Source of the DNA: Eledone cirrhosa
Lineage: Eukaryota
NCBI GenBank assembly: GCA_964016885.1
Contig: OZ024745.1
Location: 82,956,001-83,020,000, forward strand
DNA length: 64,000 nucleotides
Direction: 5' to 3'
Part shown: piece by piece, positions 55,246 through 64,000 of the stretch
Layout of the letters: every line of letters starts with the position of its first letter
How positions within the stretch are numbered: position 1 is the stretch's first letter
Made by a program: the position numbers and the translations under genes
The notes under the pieces: model-generated
Seen by the model: only the letters and a program-made list of their open reading frames with translations
Told to the model about the DNA's origin: nothing
Database searches by the model: none

Positions 55246-57999
55246 ATAGGGAGGAAGTTAGAAAGAGATATAGGGGAATTGACTCCAGTAATACCCATAG
55301 CAGTTTAATGGCTTCGAAAGGATGAACGGCAAATTTGACTTCTGTGGGTTTTGAACTGAGAGTGCAGAGAGTGTGAAGGAATATTGTAAGTGTTCTAACC
55401 GATCATCTAACAGATCTGCCACTTTGATGCCTTATACACGATTTTAGAGTAGGTTTCAGCTATTATCCTATATTAATAAACTTACACAAAAGCGCATATA
55501 CACACATTTGCCGTTGCAGTAACAATTTAGTAGATTTATCACAGAAATGTGTTGCACACAGCCAAAGTTAAGTGCATAGAAACAGTCATTGGCATACTCC
55601 GACTTAGTCCATCAGGTCTGCCTCCACATAAACATATAGGATAGTGAATTTTCGTCACGTTACCTGCAAACTGGTCACACATTTCCACAGCAACTCAGTG
55701 CGACGAAAGTTTTAATACTAAAACATAAATTATATACTTACATTAAATTAAATAAGGTCATTCTTCCCTACAGTAATTATTATAGAGTAAAATGTTTCCT
55801 AATGTCATGATTCAGAAAGAAAACGGAATTTATAATTAACATTTTAAAATTATATTTTGTTATTGTTGAATCATTAATTCTTAGTAATGTTTTCTTGCTA
55901 TAAGCAATTGAACACGTTCCTTTGAATTTCTATAATAAACTAATAAACGAGTCAATGAAGTGTATTGCCAGAATTATTTAATGTATAATGAAGGTAGCTT
56001 TCCCATAGTCTAGAAAAATTAAAAGCTCCACCAACACATAATGCCGTTCATTTTGTCTTCTTCGGAATATTTTACTTATGTTAGTATATTCCAAATAACT
56101 GCAATCTGCTTTGATTTTGTAGAGAAAATATATTTCAGTGGAATATATGATATCAGAGAAAGTACATGTCTAATGTCTCTTTTATAAATATTCACTCATT
56201 CAGGAACGTTGTTCTATCATGTCCAACATTTGAGGATTATATATCTTGAAATATTTCCAGTATATGGTCATTGAAATGTTTTAATGGCTTCTATTAGACG
56301 TTTGCTTGTCTATTCCATTCCTTAACAATGGTGTTTTACGTCAATTAAGATGGCACTCTAATAGTTTCACCAAATTCTACTTTTGATTCATATTTAAGAA
56401 TTGAACAATAACATTTTAATTTACAATAATATATATTGGAATACATTCAACAGAAAAAAAAGCATCATAGCAATTTCATTTCTGAACAATAGCTCGCATT
56501 TTATTGAAGCTATTAAACTTTGCCCTTTAGATATGTTTGTTTCGTCTTAACATAAACATATGCAGTTGTTATTCGATAGTAGTTACAGTATCGGGGCCCA
56601 GATACGATTGCCAACTTCTAAATCCTCAAGAAGAATAAAATATTGATATGGTGTGGTTCTAGAATTCCTTTGTTATATAAACATAAATAGATAATTAGGA
56701 AGAGCACAATACAAACTATTGGATAACAGTCAACGTATGGAGAAGTTTTTCACACTCAATAGTAGTGGATGATCAACTATATTCATTAATAGACACTTCT
56801 ACAAAAATAAAGACATGGACTTTGACAGTACTTAAAATAATTTTTCTAAAGACACTTCGTGTGGGCCTTTGGAATCAAATATAGAAGCTCCTTTATACTT
56901 CAAGGACGGACAGTTTCGAGACCGTTTTGAAAAGATCCATCTGTATTAGTTTGCTTGCTTTCAATAACTGTTCATGCCTTTCTCTTGCTGTCATTCATTA
57001 ACATTCCATAAAGACCAATCTCAGAAATTATCGGAAAGTAAAAAAACAATCATGTAACGCAGCCAGTCAAAGAAATAAATGAGTGTAGATATGATTAAGT
57101 AACAAGTGATATATAAATACATATATTGTTTAATTGCCTACAAGGCGTTGATGGATAAATACATATCCATGTATTTACAATCAGGTAATAGTAATTGACA
57201 TATTCCGAAAACAAAGCCCATACATTTGTTTACAGCGAATACATTAATTGTGTATCGCCTAATAGATAATAATAGATATTATTCTCACAGCTTTTGCTAT
57301 TCCAGAATATTTTTGCTTTAAAATATTGGAAATAGACCTACAATAATAAAAATTAATTTAAATAAAATATAGCGAAAAATAATATTGTTAAAAATGAAGG
57401 AATGGAATTTAATATATATATATAGTCTTCAACCTTTTATATTTATCGTTGTTGTGGTATAAGTATGGCCACTCCATTCAGTCGTTTTTCTTCTTGTCAC
57501 AATTCTGGACGACAATATTTAGATTTTCGATCCATTGAATGCTTTGTGAATTCCTCAAGCAATTCGATTAGTACCTGCTACATGGCGGCTACAACTTCGA
57601 TTCATACCCGATATATATATATATTAGAAAGTTATTTAGATGCCAAAACGAAAATGAGAGGATATGAAAATGGAGTAGCTCCATTTATCTTCCGCCTTTT
57701 GAATATCATTCATTTATATTTAAACACATTGAAATTATATATGTTCTAATCTAGTTAAAGAAACTATGAGGGTTTGCTCTGTATTTTAGGTTCATTTTAA
57801 TTATTTTTGAAAGCGTTTATATTTGATATTATAACAACTAGAACGGCATGTAGAACATATGGGTTATGGTCATACTATATGGTCTCGAATGTGTGCATTG
57901 GACATCGTCAATGATTAGTAAAATCTATAGCTTTTAAATCGATATTCCGAGGATCACGACAACCCAATGCTAAGCTGCTAAATTAGTTCCTATAATGTG

Positions 58000-58260
58000 C
58001 ATTAAATGTAAAGTCCCGTGGCTTATTAGTACCGTAACATGTTTACAAAAATGTATTTCTAAAACATGTACGGAGATTATGATTTAGGGTAAAAGAAATA
58101 GGGGTAGACAGCTTAGGAGCTGGCGTGAAAATGTCTATGAATGGTCCGATCTAACTTTATATGAACTAAACGATACCACAAAAAATAGGAAACTTTGGAA
58201 GTCAGGTTAGTGCGCAATGTACCGCAGGTGGAGACAGCGAATGAGGATTATAACAACTAA
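58000..58260 (+). mobile_element. RTE-type LINE 3' fragment
   Basis: GKRNRGRQLRSWRENVYEWSDLTLYELNDTTKNRKLW. Confidence 0.65.
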
Positions 58261-59725
58261 GACATTCCCACTATGATTTAATAAATTACCATTTAATTCC
58301 CTTTTTAATACATGTTCTATTATTTTCTGCTGTTCTATTAATTTCTGCTCTATTTATTCCATATTTTGTGAAAGGTGTATCTTTTAATTTGGCATTCTTG
58401 CCAACCCTTATTTATGGTTATTAATCCTGAATAATGACCAAAAGAATATGATCGCGGATACAAGCGGCCGAACTTAGGGACGTATAAAAAAATTTACTAT
58501 TCTACGAAAGAGTTTGGTTAACCAAATAATGTATGCAAGTTGATGATTTATTAAAAAAAAATATGGATACTAAACCGAATCTTTTGAGTCAATTTAATTA
58601 AGTTATTTACTGGATATTATCGATGAGAATTAGTTTGCATTTCTCCCACCAGCTAAAAACACGATTTAGATTTATCTATACAAGAATGAACTACAAAATA
58701 ATGAATGTATATTGATGGCAATAATAATAAACGACATTTGAACATTTTAAGATGAAAGTAAGTTTGACGATTAATTTCATATTCATTAGCAGGGGAAAAG
58801 ACAATTATAACGGAAAGACAATTATAAAACAAAGCCTGTTGTATTTTGGTGTCGCGTGAACCCGATGACCTTCAAGAAAAACCCGGTAAATAAATAAACA
58901 CCCATATATGTTTTGGTCAACAAGAGCTCCCTATTCGAGTGGGTTAAAGTGTACCTCCTCACCAAAAAAGGACAAGACCTGACAACAATTTAATCCAATA
59001 AAACAATTGGTCTTTCCTATCTGACAGTTGTAACTCTTGGCGGAATGAGCAACGCGAAATATAGTATTTTACTCAAGAACAAAATGCGTCGAAAGATGCA
59101 ATAATCCTACACCGCAACCACGAGGCCACTTTCACTAAAAGTTTAGTTAGACGGACCAAAACCTAATTTAGTTATATAGGTATACAAACACCCTTACATA
59201 CAAATATGTGTATACAAACATACACACACATGTATGCAGATATGCAAGCATGATATGTGGATATTTATAGTATTTACAGAACAGTTCAATAACTTGAAAT
59301 GTCAGATATTAGCTGTACCTATCAGTTATTAAAAACGAATTGCAGCAAACAAATTGTGTGTAAAAAACCAATTTCATACATATAAAAAATAAATAATATA
59401 AATGAATAAATAATTAAACAAACACACGAACAAATAAATAAATACATGAAATATTGTTTTTTTATGACATTAAGCTATATTCATGATTTTATATTTGTTT
59501 TTAATTTAGTGAGTGTATTTCAGTTAAATATACATTAATGCATTAACGAATGGTTAAAAATATTTAATTGCGAATAATGACGTTACATAAAGATTAGACA
59601 ACATCAAACTTTTAAATTACCCCATAATGTGGAGTGCTTCGAATGTCAAGAGGAAACATTTGTCTTTTAAATGTCTCCTCCTGCAAAAATTAAGGAGTGT
59701 CTTATAAAATCATATCTCTCTCTCT

Positions 59726-59839
<114 letters not shown>

Positions 59840-59886
59840 AAGGAAAAGCGAAGTAGTTTCAGATGTTCAAGTCCTTTAATAATAAT

Positions 59887-59960
59887 GCTGTGATATATAT
59901 TTCAGTGACGATACTGGCCACACTGTTCTGTGTGCGAGTGTCGTGTCATCATCAGACAGC
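59887..59960 (-). ncRNA. Type-I hammerhead ribozyme with intact core
   Basis: Minus strand GCTGT-CTGATGA-T(long stem II)T-GAAA-TATATA-TC/ACAGC. Confidence 0.8.
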
Positions 59961-60039
59961 TTGTTACATAATAAGGTTATGTTTCCGAGGCAATCCAAAT
60001 TGGATCGACAAGGGAACGGATGAATTGCGTGTTCTTGGG

Positions 60040-60573
60040 TTTTTCATCCGCTACCTTGTGAGTACCAATTCACCCCCACCGGCCTGCGCAAGCGCATGTC
60101 CGAAGGAAGTTGACCATTCTCCACCGCAGACTTCAATGAAATTTGCTTAGTCAGTTCACCCTGTCATCCAAAACAATGGCCCAACAATGCCTGTACCATA
60201 TTTTACTGCTGCCCATCACGGCTGTGGCAGTCAGCCGAGAGCCAGAGGGGATGGGAGAGTGTTAGTTTTTACAGGTCATAATACTACCCCTCACTAGGCG
60301 TAAAAGTGGTATTTTTGAATATTTTAAGCGGCTGCCACGTCCTCCCTGAACAATAAATAAAGAATATAAAGCCATTACAGGATGTGCAATTATAGATTCT
60401 ATTTTGCTTTAAAATTTGAACGAAATCGGTGGCAAAATGTGGGAGCTAGAGCCAAAAATCTTATTTTTCGATAAAAAGGTGACCCCATATCGATTTTTAT
60501 CTGCAAAAAAAGGTGACCCCCTATCGATTTTTATCTGCAGAATGACCCCGGAATAAAAAAAAACGATACGCTG

Positions 60574-60575
<2 letters not shown>
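60040..60575. mobile_element. Putative non-autonomous DNA-transposon/Helitron-like relic
   Basis: ACTTCAATGAAATTTG and AAATTTGAACGAAATCGG motifs typical of such repeats; ~33-bp direct duplication within 60473-60539; no TIR pair found. Confidence 0.3.
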
Positions 60576-60636
<61 letters not shown>

Positions 60637-60687
60637 AATATATAGTGACGAAACAAGTCAATTGCATGAACTCATAATCCTTTATTT

Positions 60688-60743
60688 ACTGCTATATATA
60701 TTTCGATAATAGCCATTGAATGGCTATGACCTCATGAGGCAGT
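60688..60743 (-). ncRNA. Minimal hammerhead with core G5C change (probably inactive)
   Basis: ACTGC-CTCATGA-GGTCATAGCCATTCAATGGCTATTATC-GAAA-TATATA-TA/GCAGT. Confidence 0.65.
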
Positions 60744-60802
60744 TAGTCAGTTCATAGATATGCCACCTCTGTGTTTATAGTGTTGATGGTATCAGAGCCT
60801 TG

Positions 60803-60863
<61 letters not shown>

Positions 60864-60870
<7 letters not shown>

Positions 60871-61767
60871 GATGTAAATAAGAAAGTTATGAACATTGAC
60901 TTACTTACTAAAATTTCACTCCAACTAATTAGTTTCTGTAAGGGGATAAATATGGTTACGGAGCGTCTCGCATTGCCTGGAAGCTTAGCTGAGAATAGAC
61001 TCCCTGATGACGTAAGGCTTCTCTAGGATACGCTCCGTAACTATACTTATCCCCTTACAGAAACTAATTAGTTGGAGTGAAATTTTAGTAAGTAAGTCAA
61101 TTTTCATAACTTTCTTATTTACGTCTTTCATATTATTGTTCTGCATCCCCTTGCATAGAACCACAAAGTTACTAAGACAAAACATATATATTTGCTAACA
61201 TAGGTATGCATCTGTATACATATGTTGGTAGATATACTAATTCTTTATAATTAACTCCAAATTATTTGTTGAGCAAAACCTGCCGAAATTACTACTATGA
61301 TTAATAGTAGTGGCTAGGCCCTGTCTTAATAGCACCCCCACTCCTCACTGATTAACCTAGTGTCATGTGATTGATTCTTTTGAATTTGCCACTTGACCAA
61401 GTAGGCAGTGAATTTTTCAATGTCTTGGAGTCTAGTCCTCGCTCGCTTTTTTCCATCCACTGAATTATTTTTATATAAGTTCCCAGTGTCCTCGCATTGC
61501 CTGGAAGCTTAGCTGAGAATAGACTCCCTGATGACGTAGGGCTTCTCTATGGATACGCTCCGTAACCATATTTATCCCCTTACAGAAACTAATTAGTTGG
61601 AGTGAAATTTTAGTAAGTGAGTCAATTTTTATAACTTTCTTATTTACGTCTTTCATATAATTGTTCTGCATCCCCTTGCATAGAACCACAAAGTTACTAA
61701 GACAAAACATATATATTTGCTAACATAGGTATGCATCTGTATACATATGTTGGTAGATATACTAATT

Positions 61768-61772
<5 letters not shown>
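60864..61772 (+). mobile_element. Second HHR-bearing repeat family (~525-bp unit, 1.5 copies, inverted 5' segment)
   Basis: 60966-61248 recurs at 61491-61772; 60864-60966 is an inverted copy of ~61030-61132; HHRs at 60999-61078 and 61523-61603; flanked by (TA)n. Confidence 0.8.
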
Positions 61773-61833
<61 letters not shown>

Positions 61834-61836
<3 letters not shown>

Positions 61837-61947
61837 TTGTAATAGAATGAAACGAAATTTCATTTCTCACTCTTAGTACGGTACTTACTTAAATGTAAGT
61901 ATGTATGTATACGTACATACATATATGTATACAGACGTACAGTAGCA

Positions 61948-62035
<88 letters not shown>

Positions 62036-62472
62036 CAGGTACACATATATATAAGTACGTATCAGTTTAGTGGACGTTTATTATAACGCCCGCTTTGTCC
62101 GTTTGTAAACAAACGGACAGCCTGATTTATGCCGTACGGTGTTAAGGCAACCACGTCACCTTTTTGGAACGATGTACTAGTTTCAAGCTTCTTAGCTATC
62201 ATCAGCACCGTATACCCTTCTGCCAGATGGTTGAACGTTCGAAAGTATATACTTTCCTTATGAAAATTAACGGCTGAGCAGCCTAATTTGCATATCGAGT
62301 GAGTTCAGTCGGCCAGGCGTACCGAAAACGATAAGTTGTAATAGAATGAAACGAAATTTCATTTCTCACTCTTAGTACGGCACTTACTTAAATGTAAGTA
62401 TGTATGTATACGTACATACATATATGTATACAGACGTACCGCTAAACTGATACGTACATATATATATGTGTA

Positions 62473-62476
<4 letters not shown>
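61834..62476 (-). mobile_element. Third locus of the 484-bp retrozyme family (1.2 monomers + short inversion)
   Basis: Homologous to the 20964 array; HHR at 62170-62210 (-); 62440-62476 inverted; flanked by (TA)n. Confidence 0.85.
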
Positions 62477-62524
<48 letters not shown>

Positions 62525-62715
62525 GGTTTGAGGTTCACCACTGTATAGAGCTGGTCTATTCCGTATGGTCAATCGTAATGCAATAATATAGAGAGTACTC
62601 AACGTAAAGCAGTTCAACCGTCTTTGTTTTTGTAGTTGGTGGTGCTATTACGGAGTTAAATATTATAATGAAATGGCAGGAGGCTGGATTTGTGTAAATC
62701 CTTGAAAGGTTTATT

Positions 62716-62773
62716 ATACTATGATCATTTCAATGACCGGGTTCCGTATGAATCCGGTGATATCATCAGGTAT
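62716..62773 (-). ncRNA. Minimal type-I hammerhead ribozyme with intact core
   Basis: ATAC-CTGATGA-TATCACCGGATTCATACGGAACCCGGTCATT-GAAA-TGATCA-TA/GTAT. Confidence 0.75.
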
Positions 62774-63146
62774 TCGAAATATAATACGTGAATGTAATAG
62801 GTAAAATCCATGGGGCTGAAAATCGAGACCCGAGGGCGACCGCTATTCTGTTCCTTCAACCTCAGCCGGTCGCCCTGGAGTGACGTGGCTAAATTTTATA
62901 GTATGCTACTACCGGTCAGATGAACGAAAACAGAAAGAGATGGGAGCATAGGTTAACGTCGATCCCATGACACAAGGTAAAAGAAAGAAAGAACGGAAGG
63001 AGAAGAAGGGGGAAGAAAGAAGGAGAGAAGTCAGGGTTAATGTCAGCTAAAAGAGGAAGGTAACTACTACTGGTCAGATATAGGCAAGCAAGAGGGGGAA
63101 GGAAGATAAGTCTGCGGGAGGAGGAGAGGAGAGAAGGAAGGGAAGA

Positions 63147-64000
63147 GAGAAGTAGAAAAGTAAGGGTTGATGGCTACAAGAAGGAAGATAGAAAGGAAGA
63201 GGAAGAAAGGTCGATATTAATGTCAGACCACAGTCAAGCCAGGAGTGGCGCGAGAAAAATTTCGCAGGGACCCGCATCTTAGCGGAGATGAATATATTGG
63301 GAGTCAGTGTTTTACAGTGTTTAGACTTCTAGGATGAAGTTAAAAAAATTAATAATCAATATTCAATATTAAAGAGGTTAGAAAATTTAAAGTTCAACAG
63401 TTTAACAATTAATTATATAATAGTTCCGATTTGTTCTGTAATTTAAAGGTACTATTTGGCGGTTAAAACAACGGCCGCGCCCCGGGCCCCATGGCGAATT
63501 AAGCCACGCCGAGTATTTTCATTTACTGAAAGAAGGGGAAATTTATTTTTCCAAGCACTCCAGGTGAGCTCGTTCGCCAGGGAGCTGGTCGCGCCGCCAC
63601 TAAAAACCACCCAACAGTCCGACAGAAAGTTGGAACTTTAAAATTTAGCTTAGAGAAGTAAAAGAGTAATGGTTGATAGCTACAAGAAGGAAGATAGAAA
63701 GAGAGAGGAAGGAAGGTCGATATTAATGTCACACCACAGTCGGGCCAGGAGTGGCGCGACAAAATTTTCACAGGGACTCGCATCTTAGCAGAGGTGAATA
63801 TATTGGGGGTCAGTGTGTTACAATGTTTAGACTTATAGGATGAAGTTAAAAAATTAATAAATTAATAATCAATATTCCATATTAAAGAGGTTAGAAAATT
63901 TAAAGCTCAACAGTTTCAGGTTGATATATATAATAGTTCCGATTTGTTCTGTAATTTAAAGGTACTATTTGGCGGTTAAAACACCGGCCGCGCCCCGGGC
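63147..64000. repeat. Diverged ~505-512-bp tandem duplication running off the window end
   Basis: 63147-63488 recurs at 63652-64000. Confidence 0.85.

Overview
Eukaryotic, AT-rich, repeat-dominated window with no confidently identifiable host gene. The abundant tRNA-derived SINE family and (TA)n/(CA)n tracts suggest an octopus or other coleoid cephalopod genome (inference). Mobile elements: two decayed Tx1/L1-type LINEs; a near-intact R4/Dong-type RLE retrotransposon (one in-frame stop, (TAA)n tail) plus two decayed relatives; several Penelope-like elements (three GIY-YIG ends, RT remnants, inverted pseudo-LTRs); RTE fragments; and about a dozen SINEs. Main discovery: the 484-bp 'satellite' at 20.96-25.67 kb carries an intact minimal type-I hammerhead ribozyme (HHR) in every full monomer. 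It is therefore a candidate non-LTR retrozyme array, arranged as a large divergent inverted repeat. Diverged relatives at ~13 kb and ~62 kb show structure-preserving changes. A second HHR-bearing 525-bp repeat and several other minimal HHRs, four families of them with an unusual U.U closing pair on stem II, are scattered across the window. All folds were derived by eye and none has been tested.
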